A stretch of DNA of 61,917 nt, the filler included. It is 8 parts of 8 records of this genome, joined end to end, with 100 filler letters (N's around TTAATTAATTAA, not from the genome) between each part and the next. Parts side by side here need not be neighbours in the genome. Positions count along the whole stretch, not along the records: positions 18,722 to 28,823 come from SRR31156797_59670; 7 more parts are not named here. One strand, 5' to 3'. The notes under the pieces are model-generated. The model had not been told where the DNA came from and did no database searches. It saw nothing but the letters and a program-made list of their open reading frames with translations. Positions 18,622 through 28,923 of the stretch are shown piece after piece. The position numbers were made by a program, and so were the translations under genes. Numbering within the stretch: position 1 is the stretch's first letter; each line of letters starts with the position of its first letter.

Positions 18622-18721
18622 NNNNNNNNNNNNNNNNNNNNNNNNNNNNNNNNNNNNNNNNNNNNTTAATTAATTAANNNNNNNNNNNNNNNNNNNNNNN
18701 NNNNNNNNNNNNNNNNNNNNN
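18622..18721. other. Artificial contig spacer
   Basis: N run, TTAATTAATTAA, N run. Confidence 0.99.
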
Positions 18722-18723
18722 AT

Positions 18724-18751
18724 TCTGGATTCCGGGTCAAGCCCGGAATGA
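18724..18751. repeat. REP-like palindromic element
   Basis: CTGG-ATTCCGGG-TCAAG-CCCGGAAT-GA with a perfect 8-bp stem, at a contig end. Confidence 0.7.
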
Positions 18752-18889
18752 TGGCATCTTTACGACATTACAGTTATGACAGAGCACTAGCAGATTGGTT
18801 TTGAAGCGATTTCGTCTATGGATTTGACGACTGGAGTTTTTCAATTCAAGGTGTTTCATGTTTTGTGCGTTTATGCACCTCGAACAAAT

Positions 18890-21373
18890 TCAATGGGCAC
18901 ATGCAATTTCCCTCAATTTACTTGAGAGTTCCGTAACGGTGAAAGGCTTTTGAATAAACCCCCGACAGCCCCGCTGTAATATCTCGGTTGCCTGAGAATT
19001 CATACTGTATCCGCTTGAAAGGAGGACTTTGACCGAATTATCGATCCGTTTCAGTCCTTCAAAGGTTTCGCCGCCCCCCATCCCCGGCATGATCATGTCG
19101 AGAACTACCATATCGATGGCGGCCTCGCTTTCCTTGAAAATTTTTAAGGCTTCTTCTCCACTCCTCGCCACCAACACATTGTACCCGATTTTTTCCAAAA
19201 TAAGGGTCCCCACTTCAGCGATCATCTCCTCATCATCCACAACAAGAACCGTCCCTTCTCCTTTCTGGATCATTATCTCCTTGCCCCGTTCGCTTTCATG
19301 GGTTGCCGTTTCCGGTTTCTTAACGGGCAGGTAGAGGTTAAATGTGGTCCCCTTCCCGACTTCACTGTAGACATCAATGAAACCGCCGTGGTTTTTCATG
19401 ATCCCGTAGGCAGAGGCCAATCCCAGACCGGTTCCTCTGCCGATCTCCTTGGTGGTAAAAAAGGGTTCAAAGATCCTTTTTATGGTCTCTTCATCCATCC
19501 CCACACCCGTATCCGTAATGGAGATTCTGACATATTCCCCCTCTTTTCCCTGGTGTGAACGAACATGATTTTCATCCACCATCACATTTTCCGTCCTGAG
19601 ATAGAGATCCCCCCCGTCCGGCATGGCATGCCAGGCATTCACATACATATTCATCAGTACCTGCTCAATTTGACCCTGATCCGCCGCCACCATCCCGGAT
19701 TTTTTTTCAAATGATGTATGAATCTCTATCTCTTTTTTGGTCCTGCCGAACATATGGCTGCTCTTCTTAACCACTTCATTGAGGTCCAGCGTCTTGACCT
19801 CATATTTTCCACCCCTGGCAAAACCCAGCAGCTGTCGGGTCAGTGCGGAACCGCTCTCGACATATTCCTCGATATGTTCCAACCTTTCATGGTGGGGATT
19901 GTTGGAATCAAGGTCCATTTTCACCAGCGTTGCGTTGCCCAGAATACCCATGAGCAGATTGTTAAAATCATGGGCAACCCCTCCGGCAAGAGTACCGACT
20001 GCTTCCATTTTTTCCGCATGCTGAAGATGGCGTTTCAACCGCTCCTGATCGGTAATATCTCTTAGGGTTCCTTGAATGACGGTTTTTCCCTGGTCCGTAA
20101 CAACGGATGTGGAGGTTTCAGCACAAAAGGTCGAGCCATCCTTGCGTACAGCGGTGCAGGTGAAAGGAATCCTGTCTGAAGATTGCTTTCCCATTTGGGG
20201 ATTGAAATTTTCCTTCAGTATTTCCAGGTCTTCGGAGGCCATGAACTCCCATAGGGATTTCTGATATGCTTCTGCCGGAAGGTAACCCAATAATTCGCAG
20301 ATTCTACGATTCAGAAACAGGATCTCGCCCGAAGGATATCCAAAAACGAAATAGCCATCCAGTGTGTTTTCAACCAGGGAACGATAACGCGCCTCGCTCT
20401 GAAGGAGAGCCTTCCGAGCCTCCTGACGTATCCGGACTTCGGCTTCAAGATCCTTGTTTTTTCGGGAAAGCTGAGCGGTTTTGGTTTGGACCTGACGTTT
20501 GAGAACAACGCCCATACCGACTGCGATAATCAAAAGAACAAGTGCAATGCCGATGCCAAGGATTAGCCATCCGGCGACCTTGGAATTGCCGGACATTCCG
20601 AAGATTCGGTTAATCAAACCGTAATAAATCGAATCGGGATTCCCTTTCAAGTCTTCCAGATGGTAATCGAGCGCATCGATCAAGTTCCCATTGCGTCCCT
20701 TTGGCGCCGCAAACCGCAGTTCAACGGGAGACAGAATAATGGGTGTCCTCTTTACATTATATTGTCCCTGATGCCGTGCGCCGTAGAGCCGGTCCACAAC
20801 CCCAGCGTTTACCCAACCTTTTTCAATGCCTTTGAACACCTTCCCTGAATGATTGAACTCCACAAATTTGCACTGAATATTAAATCGCTTCAGCGTTTCT
20901 CTCAATTCCCGGTTGTAGGGATCATCTCTCACGACGCCCAGGGTGAGCCCGGCCAGGTCCAGAAGCGATCCCATCTCAACGTTTTCAGTGCCGTATACCT
21001 GCCCCCAGGTTGATATAACCGTCTCCCGGGTAAAGTCGTTTTCCAGGGCCTTTTCTTTTGAATATGCCGCCGCGGCAAAAAGATGGATGTCGCCTCGACT
21101 GAGCTTTTCAAGGCACTCGGCCAAGGATCCTCCCACATAGTCAATGTTCCATTGCTCCTGCGCGGCAATATATTCGAGAAGGTCGATGAAAAAGCCCCCG
21201 CGTTCTTTTCCTCCACCGGTACGGCACAGGGGTTCAATGTCATAAATACCGACTCTGATCCGCTCTTTTGACGCCTCTGACCAAGTCGTATCTGCCAAAA
21301 TAACGAGTGCCGCTGATATGAGAATGAGCTTTGTGAACCGCGGAACAAAAAGAAAGCGTGCAAGATTTTTCAC
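18890..21373 (-). CDS. Hybrid sensor histidine kinase (periplasmic solute-binding domain, TM, PAS, HisKA, HATPase, REC)
   Basis: GTG start overlaps the pstS stop (GTGA). [40 protein letters not shown]...LDMIMP...KPF. Confidence 0.92.
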   Translation of the reverse strand: MKNLARFLFVPRFTKLILISAALVILADTTWSEASKERIRVGIYDIEPLCRTGGGKERGGFFIDLLEYIAAQEQWNIDYVGGSLAECLEKLSRGDIHLFAAAAYSKEKALENDFTRETVISTWGQVYGTENVEMGSLLDLAGLTLGVVRDDPYNRELRETLKRFNIQCKFVEFNHSGKVFKGIEKGWVNAGVVDRLYGARHQGQYNVKRTPIILSPVELRFAAPKGRNGNLIDALDYHLEDLKGNPDSIYYGLINRIFGMSGNSKVAGWLILGIGIALVLLIIAVGMGVVLKRQVQTKTAQLSRKNKDLEAEVRIRQEARKALLQSEARYRSLVENTLDGYFVFGYPSGEILFLNRRICELLGYLPAEAYQKSLWEFMASEDLEILKENFNPQMGKQSSDRIPFTCTAVRKDGSTFCAETSTSVVTDQGKTVIQGTLRDITDQERLKRHLQHAEKMEAVGTLAGGVAHDFNNLLMGILGNATLVKMDLDSNNPHHERLEHIEEYVESGSALTRQLLGFARGGKYEVKTLDLNEVVKKSSHMFGRTKKEIEIHTSFEKKSGMVAADQGQIEQVLMNMYVNAWHAMPDGGDLYLRTENVMVDENHVRSHQGKEGEYVRISITDTGVGMDEETIKRIFEPFFTTKEIGRGTGLGLASAYGIMKNHGGFIDVYSEVGKGTTFNLYLPVKKPETATHESERGKEIMIQKGEGTVLVVDDEEMIAEVGTLILEKIGYNVLVARSGEEALKIFKESEAAIDMVVLDMIMPGMGGGETFEGLKRIDNSVKVLLSSGYSMNSQATEILQRGCRGFIQKPFTVTELSSKLREIACAH

Positions 21374-22440
21374 TTCGGGTCCTCGGGTGTCTTTTCCATA
21401 ATGGGTTTTCCACCAAAACGCATGGATCGGATAATCGCTTCCGCTCTGGTGATGGCACACCGGGGCAGGGCGGCATAAAAGAGTTCGCTGTTGTATTGCT
21501 GACCTCCATGGATGGTCCACCACAGAAAGCGTCCAATTTCAGAGGCTTTGTCGTAGGTCCTTTGGTCATAGGCCTGCTCTTTGTAGAAAATTAGCCAGGT
21601 AAATGCACTGATGGGATATCCATCCGGGGACAGGGTGTCGGTAATGAGAATTCGGGTATCCGGCGGGAGTGAGACATCTGCTGCGCTGGAAACCGATTTC
21701 AAGGTGGGTGCGATAAAACGGCCGGATCTATTTTTAATCATGGCCACGGGGATATGGTTGTGCTTTGCGTAGGAAAGCTCTACATAGCCGATACTGCCTG
21801 AAATCTTTTTAACCAATTCGGCGACGTTGGGATTTCCTTCAACACCCATTCCCGTTAACCACCGTACTTTTTTTCCGCGGCCCACCTTTTCCCGCCAATC
21901 AGGATTGACCTTGGTGAGATAATCGGTAAAAATGAATGTTGTGCCGCTTCCTTCCGAACGGTGAACAACCGAAATTTCCAGATCCGGGAAAGGGATTCCG
22001 GGGTTGATTTCCGCAATCTTTTTATCCGACCAAAGGGTTATCCTCCCCAGGAATATATCCGCGATAAGCTTTGGCGTGAATTTCAGCACAGGATTTTCAG
22101 GAAGATGGTAGATGATCGATACGGCGCCCATGCATGTGGGGATATGGAGGATATCCCCGTCAGCCTGTTTCATCTCATCATGAGAAAGGAACGCATCCGT
22201 TCCTCCGAAATCGATCTCCCGATTCAGCAGTTTTCGAATGCCCGATCCTGACCCAACTGCCTGGTAGCCCACACGAACTCCGGTTTTTTCCCGGTACACA
22301 TCAATCCATTTTTCATAGAGGGGATATGGAAAGGTTGCACCGGCCCCTTTTAATATGGTATCGGCCCCTTCACCCGAAGAAACAAAAAACAGAAGGCCAA
22401 ATACCCACCACCAACCATACCATGGAATCTTTTTCAACAT
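21370..22440 (-). CDS. pstS: Phosphate ABC transporter substrate-binding protein
   Basis: GAGATFPYP, GSGSG, DFGGTD, HRSEGSGTT, GYVE, YPISAFTW. Confidence 0.95.
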   Translation of the reverse strand: MLKKIPWYGWWWVFGLLFFVSSGEGADTILKGAGATFPYPLYEKWIDVYREKTGVRVGYQAVGSGSGIRKLLNREIDFGGTDAFLSHDEMKQADGDILHIPTCMGAVSIIYHLPENPVLKFTPKLIADIFLGRITLWSDKKIAEINPGIPFPDLEISVVHRSEGSGTTFIFTDYLTKVNPDWREKVGRGKKVRWLTGMGVEGNPNVAELVKKISGSIGYVELSYAKHNHIPVAMIKNRSGRFIAPTLKSVSSAADVSLPPDTRILITDTLSPDGYPISAFTWLIFYKEQAYDQRTYDKASEIGRFLWWTIHGGQQYNSELFYAALPRCAITRAEAIIRSMRFGGKPIMEKTPEDPK

Positions 22441-22529
22441 GCTACCGATCTCCCATTACTCCAAAGCCCCTTGATCAGAGATTGACCATGACCCTTTAGG
22501 TGGGCCGGGAACCGGTATAACGAGACATC

Positions 22530-22545
22530 GTTAGAAAAGGATTAG
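22530..22545 (-). promoter_or_regulatory. Pho-box-like 11-bp direct repeats upstream of pstS
   Basis: Minus strand CTAAT and CTAAC, 11 bp apart. Confidence 0.55.
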
Positions 22546-22608
22546 ATTTTTTGAAAAAATCAACCTCCCGGAAAATCAGATTGATAAATTCTCATGTTCA
22601 GTTAGGAT

Positions 22609-22788
22609 TCAATAAGGGGCCAATTGAAAATAAGACCCCATGTTTTCAACGGACCCATTTATGGAATCCGGTTCGCCGCCCGGTTCCATAAGGATCTCTA
22701 CGGTACATTCAGGAAACAACTCTTCAATCATGGCCATGATATTGGCATGATTTCCCGATTCTCGGCATACCAGAATAATTTTTTCCAT
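22609..22788 (-). CDS. Small hypothetical protein (59 aa)
   Basis: GGAGG RBS before MEKIILVCRESGNHANIMAMIEELFPECTVEIL. Confidence 0.6.
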   Translation of the reverse strand: MEKIILVCRESGNHANIMAMIEELFPECTVEILMEPGGEPDSINGSVENMGSYFQLAPY

Positions 22789-23057
22789 CAGACGCCCTCC
22801 GTTGTATTTCCAATGAATCCATTCCTTTCTATTGACTCCGGTTCGTTTTCCGCGCACGCCTCGCAATGCAATCCATTTATAGGGTTACCCGCCAGCAACG
22901 TCTCTGTTGAAGGATTCCGATGCCTGCCGTATCGGATACGTACTGTTTCATGATTTGACTCCTTAATAAATTAAGACTGTATTTAACAAAAATATCCTTA
23001 TGGAAGGCATTTTTCATACGGGCTGTTTGGTTTGAATTAAATAGGGATTTTCTTTTT

Positions 23058-23084
23058 GTTAATGGTTCGTTAGAAAAAGATGAG
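23058..23084 (-). promoter_or_regulatory. Pho-box-like 11-bp direct repeats
   Basis: Minus strand CTCAT, CTAAC and TTAAC at 11-bp period. Confidence 0.55.
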
Positions 23085-23218
23085 TAATGGGGCGGCCATG
23101 CGTTTCAGGCGAAGGTCTTTGTCCAATTGCGATTTTTCCGTAGATTCAGGGCCGGGAGCATTGCCCCAATGCTCCTGAAAAGAACCTGACGCCTGCTTTC
23201 CATAAGCCAAACCATCAT

Positions 23219-23245
23219 CTAACGCACTGCTAATCGGCTTTTAAC
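23219..23245 (+). promoter_or_regulatory. Pho-box-like 11-bp direct repeats upstream of the EAL-GGDEF gene
   Basis: CTAAC 23219, CTAAT 23230, TTAAC 23241. Confidence 0.6.
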
Positions 23246-23376
23246 ATTTTCATCCAAAAATCTATCCGGACCCTCCGGCAGAGATTCACTTTTCAGGCTG
23301 CCCCCCATAGGTGGGCTTCTTTCCGCTCAGGCGGACCTTAGGGGTGACGGTCGACATCAAAAAGGAACAACAAAAA

Positions 23377-25215
23377 ATGGAATTACAACCTTTGTTTAAA
23401 ACCTCGGGCATGTTCCACGCCAACGGAGAAGAGATTCTTGGACCCCGAAATCGAGACTGCGCATTAAACGAGGAGTATGTGGAACTTATTGACATTCTTC
23501 GTCGAAAACGGATCAAAACCGTTTTTCAGCCCATTTTTGATCTTCAGGCCGGTGAGGTTTATGCCTATGAGTGTCTGACCCGAATCACTGGCTGCAGCTG
23601 TTTTTCCGGTCCTGAAAAACTTTTTGAGGCCGCGGCTCACGCCTCTCTTACTGAAGAATTGGAAACCCTTTGCCGATCCCGCGCCATCAAGACCGCCGAG
23701 CAGATGGGAATCGAAACACGCCTCACCTTGAATGTGTCGCCTTCCCTTTTCCAGGAAAACGGCTGCCAAGGAAACTGCGATCTGTTTCGGGACAAGGCGC
23801 TTTTCGCCCTTCGGGAGCGGGTTGTTCTGGAGTTAACCGAAAAGTGTGTCATCCACGATGCCGCGTGTTTTAAAAAAACGCTCAACACTTTTAGAGACGA
23901 AGGGTTCCAGATTGCCATTGACGATCTGGGAGCGGGTTTTGCGGGCCTTAAAATGCTGGCGGAACTGGAGCCCGGAATGGTCAAGATTGATCGATTTCTC
24001 ATTTCTCATATTGCCAAATCCACCAAAAGACGCATGCTGGTGGAATCACTGGTCTCCTTCTGCCATAAAATCAATGCTCAGGTGGTCGCCGAGGGAATTG
24101 AAACCGAAGAGGACCTGGCGGTTATCCTCTCCATGAGCGTAGATCTGGCACAGGGGTTCTATCTTGGAGAACCGACGGAGGTTCTTAGGGAATGCCGGCC
24201 TTCGGCAAAAGCGCTCATACTCAAAAAACGCGAGGTTTCACCTCTTGTCAGAATGGATGAACGTCGAATTGGTTCACTATCCCGGCATGCAATGCCGGCG
24301 GAGGCGGATGAATTGACGGAAAATATCATTCATCTCTTTGAATCGAATGCGGATCTTTCCTCCGTTCCCATTGTGAGAAATCGCGTACCTGTCGGAATGA
24401 TAGAAAAGACACGTCTTTTTTTTAAACTGGGAAAACAGTACGGTTATTCCGTCTATAGCCGCAGACCTGTTGAAACGGTCATGGAACATGCGCTGATATT
24501 TGAATCCGAAACGCCCCTTGAAAAAGTCTCCGAAAAAGTCCTGAAACGGGATGAAAGCACCTTTCACGATTCCATCATTGTGGTTCAGCAAGGTCTTTAT
24601 GTGGGAATTGTCAAAATACGTGCACTTTTTGAACGGATCTCTCAGCAACGGCTCCATTTGGCCATGCAAGCCAACCCCCTGACCGGTCTTCCCGGAAACA
24701 ACCTGATAAAGGACGAAATAATTCAGCGTTTGAGCCAGAACCAGCTATTTGCAGTCCTTTATTTTGATTTGGACCACTTTAAACCCTTTAACGATCAATT
24801 CGGATTTGGGCAGGGAGATCGGGTCATCCGGTTTCTGGCAACCCTATTGAAGGATTGTTCGCACAAACGGGACCTAAGAGCCTTTGTAGGTCATATCGGC
24901 GGGGACGATTTCGTCATGGTATGCCATGCACAAAAGATTGAAAGCCTTTGCGAAAAGATTCTCGCCCAATTCCATGAAGGCATGAAAAAATTTCATGATC
25001 CGGACAGTGTAAAGCGGGGTTACTATGAGAGCGTGGATCGCCGCGGTCAATCGCGGCGATTTTCTCTCTTGAGCGTTTCAATCGGGGTGGTCACAACATT
25101 AAACCGGTCTTTTACTTCTTATGGCGAACTGGTGTCGGTGGCATCGGAAGTGAAGAAAAAGGCCAAAAGCATTCCCGGCAACAGTTTTTATCTTGATCAG
25201 CGCAAGTCTCGATGA
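23377..25215 (+). CDS. EAL-CBS-GGDEF c-di-GMP enzyme
   Basis: ECL, LELTE, IDDLGAG, VKID, VAEGIE, QGF; CBS pair; NPLTGLPGN, DLDHFKPFND, GGDDF. Start at ATG 23377 after AAGGA. Confidence 0.92.
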   Translation: MELQPLFKTSGMFHANGEEILGPRNRDCALNEEYVELIDILRRKRIKTVFQPIFDLQAGEVYAYECLTRITGCSCFSGPEKLFEAAAHASLTEELETLCRSRAIKTAEQMGIETRLTLNVSPSLFQENGCQGNCDLFRDKALFALRERVVLELTEKCVIHDAACFKKTLNTFRDEGFQIAIDDLGAGFAGLKMLAELEPGMVKIDRFLISHIAKSTKRRMLVESLVSFCHKINAQVVAEGIETEEDLAVILSMSVDLAQGFYLGEPTEVLRECRPSAKALILKKREVSPLVRMDERRIGSLSRHAMPAEADELTENIIHLFESNADLSSVPIVRNRVPVGMIEKTRLFFKLGKQYGYSVYSRRPVETVMEHALIFESETPLEKVSEKVLKRDESTFHDSIIVVQQGLYVGIVKIRALFERISQQRLHLAMQANPLTGLPGNNLIKDEIIQRLSQNQLFAVLYFDLDHFKPFNDQFGFGQGDRVIRFLATLLKDCSHKRDLRAFVGHIGGDDFVMVCHAQKIESLCEKILAQFHEGMKKFHDPDSVKRGYYESVDRRGQSRRFSLLSVSIGVVTTLNRSFTSYGELVSVASEVKKKAKSIPGNSFYLDQRKSR

Positions 25216-25258
25216 ATGGGTTCACAGTTTTTTTTTAATCCGGTGAAGAGAGATCATT

Positions 25259-26242
25259 ATGGTGGACTTTTTAGTGACGTCAGCGGCGGCCTATTTCGGG
25301 GTTGCAGCGCTGCTCATAGGTTTAGGCAAGCCAAAGAAACAGATGCCCAAAAAAAATCATGGGCCGTCCTTTAAGGAACTTTTTGGAAATTACGAGGGAC
25401 TGCCTGAACTGAAACGGTTTTCCGCCCGCGATGGCAGCAGGCTCGGCTATCGACACTACCCGGCAAAATCCAATAAGGTGCTTATTCTGATACACGGCTC
25501 AGGTTGGCACAGCCGCTATTTTCTTCCCTTGGCCAGATTCATAAGCGATGCTGGGCTGGCCCAGGTGTACACACCCGATCTGCGGGGACATGGCCGGTCG
25601 CCGGAAAGGCGGGGCGATGTAGACTATATCGGCCAATTGGAAGAGGATCTGGCGGTTTTCATTGCCATGATCCAAAAAGATGATGATGAAAAGACCGTCA
25701 TTCTGGGAGGGCATTCATCGGGCGGCGTACTGGTGGTGCGTTTTTCGGGCAGCAAATACCGGTATCTTGCGGATGCCTATCTCCTGTTGTCCCCGTTTCT
25801 CAAATATAATGCACCTACCATGCGCCCCAAATCGGGCGGATGGGCCAATCCCTATACCGGCCGCATCATCGGTCTGACCCTGCTCAGCAATGTGGGTATT
25901 CGATACTTCAATTATCTCCCCGTCATTGACTTCAATATGCCTCAGGAAGCCCGCGACGGAACCGAAACCCTTACCTATTCCTACCGGCTCAACACATCCT
26001 ATGCCCCCCACGACTACAAAAAGGATTTTTCAGCCATTTTTCAACCGCTCATGGTCCTTGTGGGTACGGCCGATGAGGCATTTCTGCCGGACCGGTTTGA
26101 ATCGGCCATATCCCCCTATGCAAAGGCGGAAATCAGATTGTTGAGGGGAATAACCCATATGGGGGTGGTTGCGGATCCCGAAGTCCGCCCGGTCATCGGA
26201 AAATGGCTGGAAGGTATCAGCGCTCGCCACGGCTATGCCTAA
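25259..26242 (+). CDS. Alpha/beta hydrolase with N-terminal membrane anchor
   Basis: IHGSG, DLRGHG, GHSSGG nucleophile, GTADE, ITH. Confidence 0.9.
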   Translation: MVDFLVTSAAAYFGVAALLIGLGKPKKQMPKKNHGPSFKELFGNYEGLPELKRFSARDGSRLGYRHYPAKSNKVLILIHGSGWHSRYFLPLARFISDAGLAQVYTPDLRGHGRSPERRGDVDYIGQLEEDLAVFIAMIQKDDDEKTVILGGHSSGGVLVVRFSGSKYRYLADAYLLLSPFLKYNAPTMRPKSGGWANPYTGRIIGLTLLSNVGIRYFNYLPVIDFNMPQEARDGTETLTYSYRLNTSYAPHDYKKDFSAIFQPLMVLVGTADEAFLPDRFESAISPYAKAEIRLLRGITHMGVVADPEVRPVIGKWLEGISARHGYA

Positions 26243-26284
26243 AGAAGAACAAAAACCTTTTTTGATCCGAAATACCTGATGAAA

Positions 26285-26693
26285 TCAACATCCAAAACGA
26301 TCATTTAAAGCATTCAGCGTTAAATTCACCGCAATCGCATTGTGCGGAATCAGCACATAGCGCCAGGGCTTTCCGCCATGGGTTCGGGCGTGGTCCGAAG
26401 CATGGACGCACCATTTCACGGCCGCTTCTTTTTTGGAGAAGACAATGGGATCTTCCATTTGGTTGCTGGCCTTGGGTTCGAGCATAAATACCGCATCTGC
26501 TGTTTCTGCGACAAAATATGGTCTGCTGGGTCACCAATGGAAATTCGTTTTGAATGGCGTCAAGCAGGGGAGCCGTGTCGGCACCTTTGCCGGGCGGCGC
26601 GATTTCGGTGATGCGATGGAGGATTTCCAATGAGATGCGCTGGGGCGGGCGAAGACTCAGACGGCCGGATACGGCGTTAACATGTCGGTTCAA
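26285..26693 (-). pseudogene. Type III restriction enzyme Res subunit remnant (N- and C-termini only, out of frame)
   Basis: The N-terminus NRHVNAVSGRLSLRPPQRISLEIL is joined near 26525 to the C-terminal nuclease part FVAET...MLEPKA...KWC...GKPWRYVLIPH; the helicase core is absent. Confidence 0.78.
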
Positions 26694-27545
26694 TGATCCC
26701 CCTCCTCTCTTATTTGCTTGTGCAATGCAAATCGTTCTCTTGCTTGAACAAGGGCCTTATGCAGCTCCCGTTCCAAAATTTCCCTGGACGGCAAATCGGT
26801 TAAATACTCAGCCACACGGATAGAACTCTTTTCCAGTTCCAGAAGTTCAACGGTTTCCTGTTTCTTACCGGCACAGAGAATAAGCCCGATAGGCTTTTTT
26901 TCACCGGATTGTCGTTCATATTTATCCAGCCAACGCAGGTAAAGCTCCATCTGGCCTTTATCTGCCGGTTTGAAATCGCCGAGTTTCAGTTCGATGGCCA
27001 CAAGTCGTTTCAGCTTTCTATGGAAAAAGAGCAAATCAAGGTAATAATCATCGTTGTCTACCTGAATCCGTTTCTGCCGGGCAATAAAAGAGAACCCACC
27101 GCCCAATTCCAGAAGAAACTGTTCCAGTTCCCTTAATTTGGCATCTTCAAGGTCCTTCTCCAGATAGCGATCTTTCAGTCCCAGAAAATCGAGGAAATAA
27201 GGGTCTCTAAAGACCAGGTCCGGGGTCAACCGATCTTCTTTGCGAAGGGTACACACACTCCAGCGTTCGATTCGGCACATTTCAGCATGGAAATCACACT
27301 GCAATGGCTTTTCTAGAGGTAAAAGCTCGCGGAAATGAGACCAACTCAATTGTTGCGACAGCGTGGCAACAATGGCCTCATCCGCAAACACCTCGGCAAA
27401 GCGAATCATGGGTCGTATGTTTTTTGTTGAAAAACTGCGGCCATATTCCACCGTCAATTGTCTCGACAGTGTAGAGATAATTACTTCCCCGTATTGGACT
27501 CGGCCCTCTTTCAGGATCTCCGGATTGATCCGTCGACCGATGCGC
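26690..27545 (-). pseudogene. YhcG/DUF1016 PD-(D/E)xK nuclease, 5'-truncated and internally deleted
   Basis: YGxxIISTLSRQL, LSWSHF, FRDPYFLDFL, FLLELGGGF, DLLFFHR, IELK, GQMELYL. Lacks the usual N-terminal helix and the YERT linker. Confidence 0.75.
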
Positions 27546-27682
27546 ACATTCCTGGGAACGGAAACCACATGTTCAATGACACCCTTCGCAAGGGAAATAT
27601 ACGGGTTGGCTATGGAAACCGACGAATCGAAAAAGCCGTCATTTGATTTTTTTAAGGAAATATGGCGTTTCGAGAATAGTGC

Positions 27683-28203
27683 TTAACGACTGATGGGGGC
27701 CAGACTCAAAGCTCCGTCGCGGGCCTGGTTCCGCTCCCGGTGATCCAGCGGAATAAACCCCTTTTGGACCAGATACCCGTCAGGACCGATGGCGCGTTCA
27801 CTGGTGGCCTCATAGAGAAACTTCTGAAGGCCCGGAACAGCCTCCACATGGGGAATTTTAACATACAGATAAATGGGTCTCGAAAGGGGATAGGCGCCGG
27901 TGGAAATGGATTCAGGGGTCGCAGGGGCACCATCGATGGGATTGGTTGCCAGAATATCTTGGTAGTCCCAGTATACCGCATAGTTCAAAAAAACAAAGGC
28001 CTTTTTGGTTTTGTGACAGCCAGTGCAATATTTGAGACGGATATTTCAGGGCTTTAACAAATGTTCCGGAATAGGGTCTGAACATTCGGCAGGAGCGAAT
28101 AAGATCCCACGATTCGAATCTGATTTCGTGCATGGCCTGTACCGCCGGCACCCAACAGGAAAATAACGGTCACCATGACCATGGTTCGCATGAAATCGCC
28201 CAT
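27683..28203 (-). pseudogene. Degraded second PstS-family gene
   Basis: Signal peptide plus ARNQIRIVGS in one frame; YPLSRPIYLYVK...GPDGYL...GFIPL in another; only about 170 codons in total. Confidence 0.75.
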
Positions 28204-28302
28204 AATTTCCCCTCGCCTGTCACAATGTTTCTCCAATTGCCGAATGGTCATCTCATTCCCCGCGAAGGCCCCATATCATTCCGGTTTTCTCCTAAGGCCG
28301 CT

Positions 28303-28821
28303 TCAGTTTCCACGGTATGTCTCGCCCAGGATGATGAAATAGACGTTTTCGGCCAGGTTCTGAATATGATCGCCGATCCGTTCGCAGCACCGCGCAACAA
28401 AGAGTAACGCCGTAAAGGGCTTTGCATGCTCCGCTTCCCCGATCATGGATTCCCGCAGGTCCGACAGTAATCCGGCATATTCCGTGTCAATGCCTTCATC
28501 CTCATGCCACACCTTGCGGGCCAGTTCAGGATCATTCTTTTCGTAGGCGATCATCACGTCCGAGAGCATGGTTTTGGCGATTTCCACCATTCTGATGATG
28601 GCCTCCACCGGTTTTTGAAGATCAAGGCTGTTGAGTTCCATGGAATGTCGTGCAATATTGGCGGAATAATCCCCTATCCGTTCCAGGTCGGACGCCATTT
28701 TGAGCCCTGAAACAATCATCCTCAGATCGAGGGCCATGGGCTGGCGTTTGGCAAGCATCAACAGGGTCAGCTGGTCGATGGCCTCCTGCAGGGCATCGAT
28801 GGGGGCATCGTCTTTCATAAT
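28303..28821 (-). CDS. phoU: Phosphate signalling protein PhoU, 5'-truncated
   Basis: QPMALDLR, DLERIGDY, ERIGDHIQNLAE. Confidence 0.95.
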   Translation of the reverse strand: MMKDDAPIDALQEAIDQLTLLMLAKRQPMALDLRMIVSGLKMASDLERIGDYSANIARHSMELNSLDLQKPVEAIIRMVEIAKTMLSDVMIAYEKNDPELARKVWHEDEGIDTEYAGLLSDLRESMIGEAEHAKPFTALLFVARCCERIGDHIQNLAENVYFIILGETYRGN

Positions 28822-28823
28822 CG

Positions 28824-28923
28824 NNNNNNNNNNNNNNNNNNNNNNNNNNNNNNNNNNNNNNNNNNNNTTAATTAATTAANNNNNNNNNNNNNNNNNNNNN
28901 NNNNNNNNNNNNNNNNNNNNNNN
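28824..28923. other. Artificial contig spacer
   Basis: N run, TTAATTAATTAA, N run. Confidence 0.99.

Noticed and set aside
21374-21523. Track start of the hybrid kinase at 21523
   Set aside because: It would overlap pstS by 150 nt; the GTG at 21373 gives a clean GTGA coupling followed by a signal-like segment.
22877-22951. 24-codon minus-strand ORF MKQYVSDTAGIGILQQRRCWRVTL with a GGAG RBS
   Set aside because: Too short and featureless to call; it may be a frameshifted remnant.
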